Source of the DNA: Blepharisma stoltei ATCC 30299
Lineage: Eukaryota; Protista; Ciliophora
Assembly: GCA_965603825.1 (NCBI GenBank)
Contig: CBFDEM010000018.1
Coordinates: 496,001 to 560,000 of the forward strand
DNA: 64,000 nucleotides
Direction of reading: 5' to 3'
Every line of letters starts with the position of its first letter. Position 1 is the stretch's first letter. Shown here in pieces: positions 22,689 to 34,851 of the stretch. Position numbers and translations under genes: made by a program. Under the pieces are notes generated by a model. That model worked only from the letters and a program-made list of their open reading frames with translations. It made no database searches and was not told the origin of the DNA.

Positions 22689-23222
22689 TTAACGAATTAA
22701 TGGATTTATCACAAAAGTTTCCAGTTGCGGCTGCTCTTCATCATGCTCATCTAATTGATTCATATCAAACCCAGGGCGCTTCATTATTTCTCATACAGAC
22801 CCGTTTTTGTCTTTAAAATAAATAGCCTCTTCATTTTGGTCACAATTGTCCAATATCTCTTGCAAAGATGCACCTTGAGTTGCCACAACCTGGAAGTCAG
22901 TTGGCAGAATACTATTTTTAATCCCTCTCAGTCGTTTTAAGTCCTCGTCCAGCTTTTTTTCAGTATCTCCCTGTGCTACAATTTTTTGCTCAGCTGCCTT
23001 AATTTTTGCTTTTAAGTCTTCTACCGTTTTATCATATGAGGAAGCATTTTGGATCAATTCGTCAAGCATTATTTTATATCGTAAAGACTGCTCTTTTAGC
23101 TCGCCAAGCTGTTTTCTTAGCCCTCCATTTTCTTCTCTTTGCTGGTCTATATATAATTGAGTGAGTTTGCAGCGTTCTTCAATTAAATCTTGATCTCGGT
23201 TTTTACCAAACCACCCACTCAT
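22689..23222 (-). CDS. Hypothetical coiled-coil protein, UGA-Trp at 22791
   Basis: Reads through IYFKDKNGSVW(TGA)EIMKRP to TAA at 22689. Confidence 0.7.
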
Positions 23223-23284
23223 ATAAATTAAATAGGGCGCATGAAAACAGATCTTAAATTATAAGACAAGTCATTCATAATTTA

Positions 23285-24001
23285 TTAATTTTTTATTTGA
23301 TTAAGATTTCTTGTGTATTTTGCTACAACTTTGTTTCGCTCTTTGAGATACTTCATTGATGTGTATAGGATTAAAAGCAAAATAATCAATAAAAAGGCCA
23401 TTGTTTTTAGCGTCATTTCTTCACAGAATCTATTAATAAGTTCTCCAAATAGCTCTGCGCTAACATGAAGGAAAATTACGTCGTTCTCTGGGTTCTTTGA
23501 TATGCATTTTTCCTTTTCTAAGCAGAATTCTTCTGCGATAGGGATTCTTTTGTCTGGCTGACACTCATTTTCGTAGTATTCTTTTATGCATTGCTGCACA
23601 TTGATGTCCATTTCTCTTGATTTTATCTTTATTTTTTTTTGAATATCAGAGTAGGTGTAGTAAATTATTACCCCAATTATGCTAAACATTAAAAATAAAC
23701 TGAGTAATCGGGTGTTTTGTGCTGGAGGTGTAAAAGAAGTGATAGGAGGCTTGATTGTATTTTGGGAAGGTTGAGGAACTTCTGAAGGACGAGGGAAGGT
23801 TATTTGATACTCACTAGCGATTTTCTGAAGTCTTTCCTTTGATGGGGAGTGTTTGATGACTTTTTTAGGACTAATCTGAGATTTTTGGGACTTAGACCCA
23901 GAAAACGCAGCAATGTTATACTGCAAACTTGGCACATCAATTTGGATGCCATGATACGGAATTGTTACATCATGTGTATACAGGTCTTCATAAGTTTCCA
24001 T
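23285..24001 (-). CDS. Brl1/Brr6-family nuclear envelope protein
   Basis: TM - CIKEYYENEC...RIP...EFCLEKEKC - ELFGELINRF - TM, the four-Cys Brl1/Brr6 signature. Confidence 0.85.
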   Translation of the reverse strand: METYEDLYTHDVTIPYHGIQIDVPSLQYNIAAFSGSKSQKSQISPKKVIKHSPSKERLQKIASEYQITFPRPSEVPQPSQNTIKPPITSFTPPAQNTRLLSLFLMFSIIGVIIYYTYSDIQKKIKIKSREMDINVQQCIKEYYENECQPDKRIPIAEEFCLEKEKCISKNPENDVIFLHVSAELFGELINRFCEEMTLKTMAFLLIILLLILYTSMKYLKERNKVVAKYTRNLNQIKN

Positions 24002-24057
24002 TATTTATATATATATGCATATTCTTTGTTTAATGAATTCTTAATTATTGTATCCTA

Positions 24058-24486
24058 TTAATATCTGTGCTTCGTTGAATAGTCTTTTGGCGAAATCGCT
24101 AGCCCTTTCCCCTTTGTCGCTGCTCTATAAACGTTTTCTAGAATATCAATCAATTCCTGCTTATCTGTAAGTAAAAAGTTCAATTTATAATTATTCCCGG
24201 TTCCATAGTCAACCATAATCAATTTATTCCTAAAAAAGAACATAATCGAGCAAGGATCATACAATTCATAAAAGCTATTAAAATCAGGCACTTCTGTAAT
24301 ATCCACCAAATAAATAACCCCGAAATTCTTTATGTCGTAGGCAATTGAATACAGCAGCTCGTCCATCTGCATGCAAATATTATCATAATCATGCCCAAAC
24401 CTTATTATAACTACCCTATTGCCTTCACTCAAGATCGCCTGATCAACTTCCCAGCCATTATGCAAATGCGGCAATAAATATGACAT
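24058..24486 (-). CDS. TXNL4A: U5 snRNP thioredoxin-like protein Dim1
   Basis: MSYLLPHLHNGWEVDQAILSE...RFGHD...GKGLAISPKDYSTKHRY, 142 aa. Confidence 0.97.
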   Translation of the reverse strand: MSYLLPHLHNGWEVDQAILSEGNRVVIIRFGHDYDNICMQMDELLYSIAYDIKNFGVIYLVDITEVPDFNSFYELYDPCSIMFFFRNKLIMVDYGTGNNYKLNFLLTDKQELIDILENVYRAATKGKGLAISPKDYSTKHRY

Positions 24487-24510
24487 TTTATTGGAATATT
24501 AATTAACGGA

Positions 24511-26076
24511 ATGCTAAGTCCTATAACTGAAGACTTACTAGTAAGTTTATTTCTCTCCATTGCAGAAAGAGAAAAACAAGCAGACGCCATAAGGCAAGTT
24601 CTAATAGAGCAGCCAAATTTTGACATAAATGTGATTTTTGAGTTTTTGGACCGTAAAAGGAACAGTTATATCACCTTTTCTGACATTATTTTGTTTCTCA
24701 GGGACGAAGGCCTCAGATTTGAAGAAAAAGAAGCATATATTTTGCTAAAAGAGTGAGATGTAAAAAATGAGGGAAAATTGGATTTTGAGGACCTGAAAAG
24801 GTGGATTTTGCCAAGTCGCTATGAAATGAAGAATTATGATGTCGGAAGTGCCAGGATCTCTTATGAAGTGGAATATACTCTGACAAAAGTGTTTGAAAAT
24901 GAACTATTTCATATTAGAGTAAATGAGGAGACAAGAATAAGGCTAGCTGAAAAGCAGGATTTTACATTGATAGATGCGTTTAGGAGCATTGATGATGATT
25001 ATTGTGGGTATATCACGCCTCAGAGCTTGGTGAGATTTTTGCAGAGAAATGGAATTAAACAATGTGATGAACTAGTTCATGGAATATTGCATAGACTGGA
25101 TAAGGATAATGATGGAAACTTAAATTATGCAGAGTTTCTAGATGCATTAATACCTAATGATCCTGCATATCAGCCAAAATTTTTAGCAAGAAAGATTGAT
25201 GAACCACCAATAGTTTATTATACACCAAATAGACCAAAAAGATCAAATAAATCTCCTCAGAGGAAAAGGCCGAAATCAGCACGGCCAAAATCAAGCCAAA
25301 AATCCAGCAGGTACGAAAGCCCAACAAAATCAAAAAATATAATCACAAGAAATAAGCTTCAGGTCTCCAAATCAAAGCTAAATATCAGCAATCTGCGCAA
25401 AACCCAGAAAAAAGAACTTGTAATGCTAGCAAATATTTTCCAAGACCACATTATATTTGATAAAGACCTGGAAAAAATCCGAGACCAGCTTGCATTAAGG
25501 CTTGACTTCACAATCCCGGAATTATTTTTTTTATTTTCTCCTGACTCCAGTGGCCACATAAGTGAGCTTGATTTTGAAAACGGCTTACGCTTATTTAGCA
25601 TTCTCCCTCAAGGAAACCAAAGCTACTTATTATTTAGACGCTATGATGGAAATGGGGACGGAAAGCTTGACCTTGATGATTTCTACTATATTTTTCTGCC
25701 ACGGTCTTGTAATTATTCACATTTACTTAAAGAAAGAATAGCTGATCCGAAGTTTAAAGGAAGACTATCAATAGAGACCCAGAATCTAGTAAGAGAATGC
25801 TTCAGAACACTTTTTATCGTTGAAGAATCGTTAGAAGGAATGCGGCAGAAACTCAATTCACGGCCAAATTTCGACTCTTCAAACCTCTACGAAGCGCTAG
25901 TTTCTGGGCAAAGTGACTATATCACAATCCATGAATTCCGCGACGTCCTGCGGAGAAACAACTATTTCCCAACTGAAAAAGACTTAGACGCATTATTTTC
26001 CTTTTTCGACACAAATCGAGACGGGAAAGTAACCTATATAGAATTTATCCAGGCTTTGTCTCCTAAGTTTTCCTAA
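24511..26076 (+). CDS. Multi-EF-hand calcium-binding protein; UGA-Trp at 24754
   Basis: Two track ORFs in frame; loops DKDNDGNLNYAEF, DGNGDGKLDLDDF, DTNRDGKVTYIEF. Confidence 0.88.
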
Positions 26077-26102
26077 TACATCTATTTAAATGTCATATTT
26101 AC

Positions 26103-26579
26103 TTAGTTTTCCGCTAACTTGTACCAGCTGAGAGAGCCGACTTTCTTCAGCGTAATCACGATTTTGTTTTTCCTCACTTTGTAGCTGGACTGGGTTGGGC
26201 TGATAGTGTTGGAAAGCTTCTTCAGCCAGAGCTTCCTGGTCTCAGTGTCTGAGAAAGAATAAGTCAAGTCCACTTCTTTTGTGTCAAATTTGCAAGTTAC
26301 CAGATCAGGGTCCACATCTTCTTCAAATGGAATATAGATGGTTACTTTGTCGTTTTCGTCGCTCCACGAATAGTTTCTGATGTTGAAGATGTGAGGCTGC
26401 GGGGTGAATTGTTGGTCTCTAGCAATCAGCTTTGGAGGGCCTCCTGTGATGATTCCGTCTCCTTCCAGGACTATTGCGTGGTCTGGAACTTCGTCTGGCC
26501 GGGGAGCGTGTGCGTAGTAATAAGAGTTCTCTCCTTTTCGTCTAATATTGTCTCTTAGAGCGTTTTCACTCTCAACCAT
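26103..26579 (-). CDS. CS (p23/Sgt1-like) domain co-chaperone
   Basis: YSWSDENDKVTIYI...SSYKVRKNKIVITLKK...W. Confidence 0.85.
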   Translation of the reverse strand: MVESENALRDNIRRKGENSYYYAHAPRPDEVPDHAIVLEGDGIITGGPPKLIARDQQFTPQPHIFNIRNYSWSDENDKVTIYIPFEEDVDPDLVTCKFDTKEVDLTYSFSDTETRKLWLKKLSNTISPTQSSYKVRKNKIVITLKKVGSLSWYKLAEN

Positions 26580-26625
26580 TTTAATTATTATCTAGAAAAC
26601 TCGGTATTTTTTAAATATGCATCTA

Positions 26626-27090
26626 TTATTTTATGCCCTCTTTTTCCAGCTGTTTCTTTACAATTTCAAGTGCATTTGGAAAAGCTTCAGGGAAAAATTC
26701 TTCCATGGTTTCCTTAATAATCTGTTCTCTCTCCTTTTTTGTGAGTCCTCTAATAGTTGCCCTCTGTTCTTCCTTCCTAATCCTATTTTGCAGCTCATTA
26801 AAGAACTTGACTCTTCTCTTATTAAATTCTTCCTCTTCTTTAGTGGGGATAATCTGTATAAGATCAGTAAGCTTGTCTCCTTTCATATTAAAGGCTTCTT
26901 CTTGCTTTCTCCTATTCATTTCTTTCGGGGAATAATATTTCATTGTCTCTATCAAGTATTTCAAAGAACTAGATGTTGGCTTGTATGTGTAGCTGCTGAA
27001 ATCAGATCACTGCGCTTCTGGGATGCCGAGCCATACTATAGAAAACCCTGCTGCAAAACCAAATGATGATTTTAAGAGAAATGAGGACAT
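26626..27090 (-). CDS. Hypothetical protein, possibly mitochondrial and membrane-anchored; one UGA-Trp
   Basis: MSSFLLKSSFGFAAGFSIVWLGIPEAQW(TGA)SDF... joins track ORF 26626-26964. Confidence 0.7.
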
Positions 27091-27119
27091 AATTATATTA
27101 AATTAAGGCTTGATCTTGA

Positions 27120-28814
27120 TTACATATTGGTGCTATATAGAAATTACTAAAAAGGTCCTCCGTTGCCTTCTGGCACTGTCCATTTGATGAATTCTCCTAC
27201 AGCTTTGATGTCACAGGTCTTGCAGTGGATGCAGTTCTGGGAATTTATGTGAAGCTTGTTGTCGATATACTCATAAACGCCTGCAGGGCAGAAATTCTGT
27301 TCGATACCTGCGTAGTATTTGAGGGATAAGTCTGGCTTGCCTTCCATTCCTGGCTTAATTGTTAGGTGGCATGGCTGATTTTCGTGGTGGTTTGTGTTGG
27401 TTTTGGAGACCTGGGTTAATAAGTCAAAGGTAAGCTTGCCGTCTGGCTTTGGATAATTAATTGGCTCAAAATCTCTTGCAAACTGGGTAGTGGCAGCGTC
27501 ATTCGGATAGTTCTTTTTGTCGGTTAGGCCAACTTTGTTACCTCCGAATAAGTTGTAGCTGAGCCAAGCTTGTGCTGAACCCCACCAAATATTGTGCGCA
27601 AACCCTTCTCTTGTGTTTCTCACCTCATAAAGTTCTTTCCAGATCCACGAATTTCTGTATTTGTGGTAATATTTAAATAGTTCTTTTCCTTCAGCTTCAC
27701 CTTTTTCGAGGGCTTCATGGACTGTTTCAGCAGCCAGAATTCCTGATTTCATTGCAGTATGTGACCCTTTGATTTTGGCAGTGTTCATAAATCCAGCAGC
27801 ACAGCCCAAAAGCATCCCTCCAGGGAATGTAAGCTTCGGAACAGAGTAAAATCCACCCTCGTTCAGAGCTCTGGCGCCATATGACAAGCACTCTCCTCCT
27901 TCTATATGTTTTCTTATATCTGGGTGAGTCTTATATCTTTGCAGCTCTTTAAATGGGACAATATGGGGGTTGTGGTAATCTAATGCAATAACCAACCCAA
28001 CGTGGACTAAATCAGGAAGCTGGTGGTATAAGAATCCTCCAGCCGTTGTAAATGAGTCTGTTGGTCACCCAATTGTATGCTGGACGTATCCTGCTTTGAA
28101 TTGGGCTGGGCTTACCTTCCATACTTCTTTAATTCCGATGCCATAAGTCTGCCTCAAAACTTGCCGTTCTCCATCATTAAAGTTCCTAAGATCGTATTTC
28201 TTCATGATTTCTTCACTCAAACTTCCTCTACAACCTTCAGCAAATAAGCTCTGCTTTGCCTTAATTTCGACCCCTGGCTGGAAATCTTCTCTTGGTTTTC
28301 CATCTTTGCCAATCCCAAAATCCCTTGTAATAATTCCTTCCACATGTCCATTAGGACTCAACAATAGTTCACTAGCAGGGAAGCCAGGATAGATCTGCAC
28401 ACCTAAATCTTCTGCATATTTCCCAAGCCACCTCACAAATTCACTGAGTGAAATGACATAATTTCCAGTATTATCCAAAAATTTGGGTACAAATGCATGA
28501 GGAACATCAATCGAATATTTTTCTGTCAGCACACAAAACTTGTCAGTGGTGATTGGAGTTTTGATTGGGGTGTCTAATTCTCGCCAGTTCGGAATCAATT
28601 CATCCATTGCTTTTGTTTCAAAACAATTTCCAGAAACAATATGAGCTCCTACTTCTGATGCTTTTTCTACAACACAGACCTCATAGCTTGGATTTAACTG
28701 CTTCAATTTAATAGCTGCACTTAGCCCTGCAGGACCTGCACCTATGATTACAGCATCGCACTCAATTCTTTCTCTAGCTGCTTGGCTTGCGAATCTCCGT
28801 GCTGCTCTCCACAT
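27120..28814 (-). CDS. ETFDH: Electron transfer flavoprotein-ubiquinone oxidoreductase; UGA-Trp at 28065, intron 27133-27147
   Basis: IIGAGPAGLSAA, HTIGW(TGA)P, CPAGVYE, NCIHCKTCDIK; the spliced end gives GGPFYTNM*. Confidence 0.96.
27133..27147 (-). other. 15-nt intron
   Basis: GTAATTTCTATATAG; removal restores the conserved GGPxYxxM terminus. Confidence 0.9.
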
Positions 28815-28830
28815 TTATTAAGAAAATTAT

Positions 28831-31800
28831 TTAAAAATCAATATTAGACCTCCTGAGCTTATCAAAATGCGGCAAAGAAGGCTTGTTTTCTGGGTCGTAA
28901 TCAGTAAATCTCGTCTCATAATGTGAAAATGACATTTCTGGATCAAAAGTCCTAGAAAGGTATTGGTCTTTTGTCTCAGTTTTGTCATGGCTTGAATGGA
29001 TGTCCTTGCGCGACTCTACGTCAACATAAGCTCTTTCTGTTTCTAGTGAAATCGCATGTCGTCTCCTTTCAATTGTTTCTATTTCTTTGAGCTCTTCTTC
29101 CATATTAAACATTCTTCTTTTGTGGGACTGAATCTGAGAGTCACAGTTGTTTAGCTGAGTTCGTAAAGATTCGACCTCTTTGCGGACTTGAATAGCTTTT
29201 TCTTGCTGGCTAGACCTGGCAAGGCTTCTCATTTCTGACTCTGAACGGAGAAGTTGGTTTTCAATGCGAAGTTTTTCACGGTTCAAAATTTCGATCTCAC
29301 TATGGCTTTTCATGATGTCGAGGAAAATCCTTTGGATGTCCTGGGATGGGACTGCACGTTGGAGTCTTGATAGTAAACTTTCTAGCTCTTTTTTTTCTTT
29401 TAAGAGGAGGTTGGTCTTTTCTTCAGATGCGCGGATTGAGAAGGAGTCACTGCCAGCTGTATTTCTGAACTGGCTAATTTCAGAAGTAGAGAGCTTCAGC
29501 TGATCTTTCATACGAATGTTTTCTTCATATAAGGCTTGGTAGTCCTTTTTAAGGCTATTAAGCTCAACTTGAAGAGAGCGGATTTTATTGATACTTGTCT
29601 CATTTTCATATAAAAATTTTGATTTTTCATTATTTAAAGCGGCTACTTGCTCTCTTAAATTTTGTTCTCTATTCCTAAGTGCCATTTCATCAACTGACAA
29701 AGCATCATATTTCTGCTGTGTGCTTCCAAGTTTTTGGGTAGTATAATTATAGTCCTGTTTTGCATCAGAAAGTCTTCTTATAAGTGCTTCAAGTTCTTCA
29801 CAAGATAAGTGAAGCCACTCCCCAATAAATTGGACGTCTTCAAGTGAGTTGGCATTCCACTTAACAATCAGATCTTTGAATTGGGAAGAAACGACAGTTC
29901 CATATGCAGAGGTAGCTGCACTGATAGCTCCAAAGTTACTTGTAAAGATTGAGATGATTTTGCAGCAATTTCTGATACTTTCCTTTATTTTCTCATTTTC
30001 TTTATTATGTGAGTCAATAAGGCTTATTTCGCTTTTATATCTGCAAAGCTCCTCATAATACTGCTTTTTAGTAAAGATTTCTCTTTCGATTTCATCCCGA
30101 GTGCTTTTTAGCTGAGATTTTAAAGAATCAATTTCATATAAAGAGTTTTGCAGCCTCATATCCCTGTCTCTATAAAGTTCATTGGTCTGCTGAAGGGAAC
30201 TATTTAGGTTTCCTGCCATATTTTTAATTGACTCATTTTCTGCCTTAAGCAGCTCGCTGCTTTCTATTTCTTTTTTCAATTCAGCTGTTAGTCGATTTAT
30301 TTCTCCTTCCATTTCGCTTTTTTCTTGAGAAACTTCGAATAAATGAGAATTTGTCTGATTGAAAGTGTTTTTAAGCTCAGAAATGCCGCTTGTAAGCTGT
30401 AAATTTTCAGAACTAAGTTTTTCAATTTCTTCTTGCATTGTAAGAGTTTGCTTTTTAAGCTCATTTGTTTCTTTAGACAAGGCAAGTTCACGCTTAAGGA
30501 CAGACTGGTACTCAGTCCAAGATTTCTGTAGCTCTTGCTGGACATTTTCAAGCTGCTTGATCGATTGCCTGACTTCTGCGTCTTTTTGAGAGCTTAATGT
30601 TTCTTTTAGTTGTTTTTGCTCTTTTTCTTTGAAGATAAGGGTTTCTTCAAGCTCTTGGATTTTCTCATCTCTTGATTTTTTAATGTCTTTTAATTTATTC
30701 TCTATATTTTCTAAATTTTTGCGCAATTTTTTAGCTTCAGATTTTGCCTCATCATGCTCTACTTGTAAAGCATCCATTTCTGCTTGTGTTTCTTTCAGTG
30801 TGTTATTTAATGTAGCATTATTAGCCTGCAATGCCTCGTTAATTTTCGAAATTGCTTTCAATTGTTCTTTAACGGCACTGAGCTCATTTTCATATTGATC
30901 TTTGAGATCCGCAACCTCTTTAAACTCTTCCTTAGACAATTTCCAGGCGTTTTCTAATTTTTCTTTGTCATGTTTTACTTTTTCCAGCTCATTTTCATAG
31001 GAATTTCTTTTCTCGATTTCAATCTTGAGCTCATTCCCAATTTTTCCTAAATTTTCTTTTATTCCTGCTATTTCTCGATGACTATTTTCTATTTCTTCAA
31101 GATATTCCTTTTCTTTGCTAGTTAATTGGTCAGCATACTCTAGCAATGCAGCTTTTTCTTCTTCCAATTTCTCGACCTCTTCCTCAGCAAACTGTAAGGC
31201 ATCTGCAGCTTCTTGCAGATGCTTATCTGAAATTTGCCTTTCATTTTCATATGCTTCACATTGTTTTGACTTTTCCCTTAGTTGATCCAATATTTGTTTT
31301 AGTTTTTCTTCTTGGTTTTCAATTGTAGCGGCTAATTTTGAATTTTCTCTTCTGTTTTTATCATTTTTTGTTTTTGACTGAGCGAATTCAGCAAAATCAT
31401 CAGTGGTCCCAACATAACCAAGATCTTCCATTCTTGTCTCTAATGCTTGTTTCAGGACTTCGATGTATGTTCGTTGTTCTTCAGAGGTCAGCATTTCGGC
31501 CCTCAAAGACTCTTCCAAAGCATTTTTCTCTTTGATCGTATCATGATGCTGATAATATATTGCAGAATACAGCTCTTGCAGTTGATTTAGTGTCAATTGT
31601 GTGCTTGGTGGGGGAAACGTATAGTTTTCAGCTAATGGGACTTTGATTTGTTGCTGAGCCAATTGCTGTTCTAGTTTTGCAATCTTTTGTTTGGCCAGAT
31701 GAAGTTCTTGAGAATTTTGAGAATTTAAATTCGTTCCTAGATGTTCAGGCTTAAGCGGAATTGGGTGTCCTGGGCTGAGTTGCTGGATTCTTTCTTCGCA

Positions 31801-31953
31801 TAGAGCTCGATATTGCTCAAGTCCTCGTAATCTTTGAGCTTGGGATCTCACTTTATCTCTAAGCTGATTTAGCATGTCATTCTCTTCACTTGGAGCATAT
31901 TCAACGCCATCTGCAGGCTGCTCGTATTGAGAAGGGCGGAAAGATTCTTCCAT
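28831..31953 (-). CDS. Long coiled-coil protein (1040 aa)
   Basis: Uninterrupted 3.1-kb ORF, heptad-rich. Confidence 0.88.
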   Translation of the reverse strand: MEESFRPSQYEQPADGVEYAPSEENDMLNQLRDKVRSQAQRLRGLEQYRALCEERIQQLSPGHPIPLKPEHLGTNLNSQNSQELHLAKQKIAKLEQQLAQQQIKVPLAENYTFPPPSTQLTLNQLQELYSAIYYQHHDTIKEKNALEESLRAEMLTSEEQRTYIEVLKQALETRMEDLGYVGTTDDFAEFAQSKTKNDKNRRENSKLAATIENQEEKLKQILDQLREKSKQCEAYENERQISDKHLQEAADALQFAEEEVEKLEEEKAALLEYADQLTSKEKEYLEEIENSHREIAGIKENLGKIGNELKIEIEKRNSYENELEKVKHDKEKLENAWKLSKEEFKEVADLKDQYENELSAVKEQLKAISKINEALQANNATLNNTLKETQAEMDALQVEHDEAKSEAKKLRKNLENIENKLKDIKKSRDEKIQELEETLIFKEKEQKQLKETLSSQKDAEVRQSIKQLENVQQELQKSWTEYQSVLKRELALSKETNELKKQTLTMQEEIEKLSSENLQLTSGISELKNTFNQTNSHLFEVSQEKSEMEGEINRLTAELKKEIESSELLKAENESIKNMAGNLNSSLQQTNELYRDRDMRLQNSLYEIDSLKSQLKSTRDEIEREIFTKKQYYEELCRYKSEISLIDSHNKENEKIKESIRNCCKIISIFTSNFGAISAATSAYGTVVSSQFKDLIVKWNANSLEDVQFIGEWLHLSCEELEALIRRLSDAKQDYNYTTQKLGSTQQKYDALSVDEMALRNREQNLREQVAALNNEKSKFLYENETSINKIRSLQVELNSLKKDYQALYEENIRMKDQLKLSTSEISQFRNTAGSDSFSIRASEEKTNLLLKEKKELESLLSRLQRAVPSQDIQRIFLDIMKSHSEIEILNREKLRIENQLLRSESEMRSLARSSQQEKAIQVRKEVESLRTQLNNCDSQIQSHKRRMFNMEEELKEIETIERRRHAISLETERAYVDVESRKDIHSSHDKTETKDQYLSRTFDPEMSFSHYETRFTDYDPENKPSLPHFDKLRRSNIDF

Positions 31954-32551
31954 TTAAATAATAAATAGTATGACTATCTTAGCTTGATACCTAAGTAGAA
32001 AATAATAAAAACTATTTAAGCAGCCTTCCAGTCCTATATCCTTAACAGTAGGATGCATCTATACTATCAATGAAAGGCATCTTATTTGAATTTCAAACTG
32101 GCAAGCGGTCTTGATTTGCTCTACTGTCTTCTTCCTCTGGCTTTTATTTGTTCCCTTTATCTCCTCATTCATACAAGTTTTCATTCTATTGAATTTGAAC
32201 ACATTTAATGTGTCTATGCATCTTAAAACCTATACAGATATTTAAAAAATTAGATTTTTATGCTAAAATCGTTATTCTTTTAAAATCGTCTAAATCGGGC
32301 ATGCCTTATTATCAAAATCTCTGGATCTACTTTTGTAATTCTAACTTTTTTTTGAAAATTTAGAACTTTCCAAAATCACTGCTATTGATTTTATTTTTTT
32401 AAGTCCACCATTTTGCCATTTATAAATTACCAATAATGGCCTAGAATAATCTGAATTTCTGATACAATAGAAGTGCTTAAGATATCTCTTTAACTCGATC
32501 CTGAATTATTTAATCTCTCATAAAATTTTATAAAATCTTAATATAGCTATA

Positions 32552-32788
32552 TTAAGCCCTAAAAATTTCAGTTATCCCAATTTCTTCTAAGTCGTTCATT
32601 AAATTTCGTACCTTTACCTGCATTTCTTGGTACTGGGAGATGACAATTTGAGCAAGTTCAGAGCTTTTTTGAAGCAGTCTTATAAGTTCGCTCTCCAACT
32701 GTTGCTCCATACATGGGAGTCTTTCTGGGATATTTTCTTTTTCATCTTGGACGTTTTGATGCACTGGTTGCTCTTTCTGATTAGACAT
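32552..32788 (-). CDS. Small hypothetical helical protein
   Basis: MSNQKEQPVHQ...EIFRA*, coding-like composition. Confidence 0.45.
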   Translation of the reverse strand: MSNQKEQPVHQNVQDEKENIPERLPCMEQQLESELIRLLQKSSELAQIVISQYQEMQVKVRNLMNDLEEIGITEIFRA

Positions 32789-34492
32789 TTCTAGATTATT
32801 AGTGGAATATTTACTTGAATATATGTCATTAATGAGCTTTAGCTGCATGGATAATAGACTATCAGGCTACCAGTTTCAATGAAGTTCTCACTGATAGCTT
32901 ATAAGAGATATTTTGATATATAACAAAAAGCTAGAGCTACAAGTATTTATGGCAGATATTAGTATCGGACTACTATGCTATTAATTCTATGAGCAAAACA
33001 TACTGAATACTTGTGTTAGTTATATAAAACTTTAAGATGACCTGAAAATCATAATTCTTTAATATGGGTACCTCGTAAAAATTGATTTTTTACAGATTTA
33101 TGACAATAAATTTAAATCGATAAATTTAAGGCGATTATGTAACAATTTTGGGATATTTTGTTGACAAAAATCACTATTTAGAGAAGATGATCAGGAAATT
33201 AGTAATGGGCAAGTTGGCGATTTTATTATGCATGGTAATGAGAAAATGCCGCGCGAGAAATACAGCTTGCCTAAAGAGACTAGAATTCTTTCAATCTCAA
33301 GAATAGTTCACTGCCTCACATTTAGATTTCTGATGAAGAATTAAGATCAATGCTTAAAGTAAAGACAACTATGGTAATATGTCAGAAAATTCATGAGTGT
33401 TGTCCAGCTAATAGTTAATTTTGATAAATACAATGGACATTTTAAAGTCTATTATTAAGGCTAGCTTATTAATAATTTAATAGAAAGTTATAAGTAATAA
33501 GAAAGCCATTTTTGGCTTGCACATAAACCTAATATTAGGCTGCAAAAACAGATACTGAGAAAGGCACGAATAATCCGCTAAATGGGATTAAATATATTAT
33601 AATTAGCAATTAATTAAAGCAATACACATCCGTATCTTATTTCTTTTCATCAACTAGAAAGCATGACTGACCACATCACTTCTGTCTAATTTCGATTACT
33701 TCAAATGCAGCGCGAGATTAAAAAATTATATTAGCATATAGATGGGTTTAAATCAAATGGATTTTACCGAGTCTACTTTTATGCTTATTTTGCTCTTCAG
33801 CGGCAACTGCAGAAGGAAGTGCGGCTTCTCTTTAATGATAATCCCCAAGATTATTTTGGAAATTATTTAGCGCCTTTATCTCGAACCTGAAAATCCTAGA
33901 ATGTTAATAAATCTTGATATACTCCTGCCTAGAGTCAGTAGATGTCTAACTTGTATCGTTATTCCAAAATATATTAATAGCTGTTGTTCAAGGCAAATCA
34001 TTATATCGTTAGTTTCTTTGAGTAAGCAATTCTCGCTTCTTTATCACAGGCATTCAACTGGGTCGGATAAACCGATAAAATGATGCAGATACTACCCGTT
34101 TGCCTGATCAACAGTTTAATGACTGAGACTAGAATTATTGAAAACTTTATTTGTATAATCGATTTCATCCTCGATCTTGATTTCAGGCTTCACTTCTAAG
34201 TCAAAAACTTTTTCTTTTTCTTCATCATTTATAGCGATTCTGGAGATTTTTATTCTACAAAGATTTCATTCATATCTCCTCTGCCTTCTGATCCTCCAAC
34301 GTTTCTTCTAATTTCTCAAAGTACTCTGCTTCTTTCCTTAGCTTGACATCTAAAAAATGATCTTTTTAAATCATCAAAGACAAAAAATTTCTGAGCCAAC
34401 TAAGTCTTTATTGGAGATGAATCCCGCTGAGACTCGCTTGCAGGATTTATTTTTACTTTATGCCAGGGAGTCTCATAAATAGTAATTTTATT

Positions 34493-34747
34493 ATGGAAAT
34501 AAGCAAGGCTGAAATAGCTCAACTCAGCAGCAAGCTAAAAACTTATAAAAAGAAGCAAAAGTTAAGCAATCATGCAAAAATCGCTTTGTTTCCGAAAGAA
34601 ACAAAGACTCTTACAAAAGAAGGCTTTGTTATCAAAGTCCTCGACGAGTCACAAAAGGCTGAAAAATTCACAAAGACTAAATCGATGTCTTTTTATGATG
34701 AGATGATGAATAGACATACAAGAAAACCATTCAAGAGAAATAAATAG
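34493..34747 (+). CDS. Small basic hypothetical protein
   Basis: MEISKAEIAQLSSKLK...RKPFKRNK*. Confidence 0.55.
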   Translation: MEISKAEIAQLSSKLKTYKKKQKLSNHAKIALFPKETKTLTKEGFVIKVLDESQKAEKFTKTKSMSFYDEMMNRHTRKPFKRNK

Positions 34748-34851
34748 TCCTATTTTAATTCACTTTTCCTAATAAATTAATATAGTGGATGTTTGAGGAA
34801 ATCTTGTTGTCTTGAAAGCTCTAATTAAAAATAAAGAAATACTTGAAATTA

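Noticed and set aside
1239-31535. Many antisense ORFs rich in S/F/L opposite coiled-coil, kinase and Hsp90 genes
   Set aside because: Shadow frames of GAA/AAA-rich sense codons; no independent motifs
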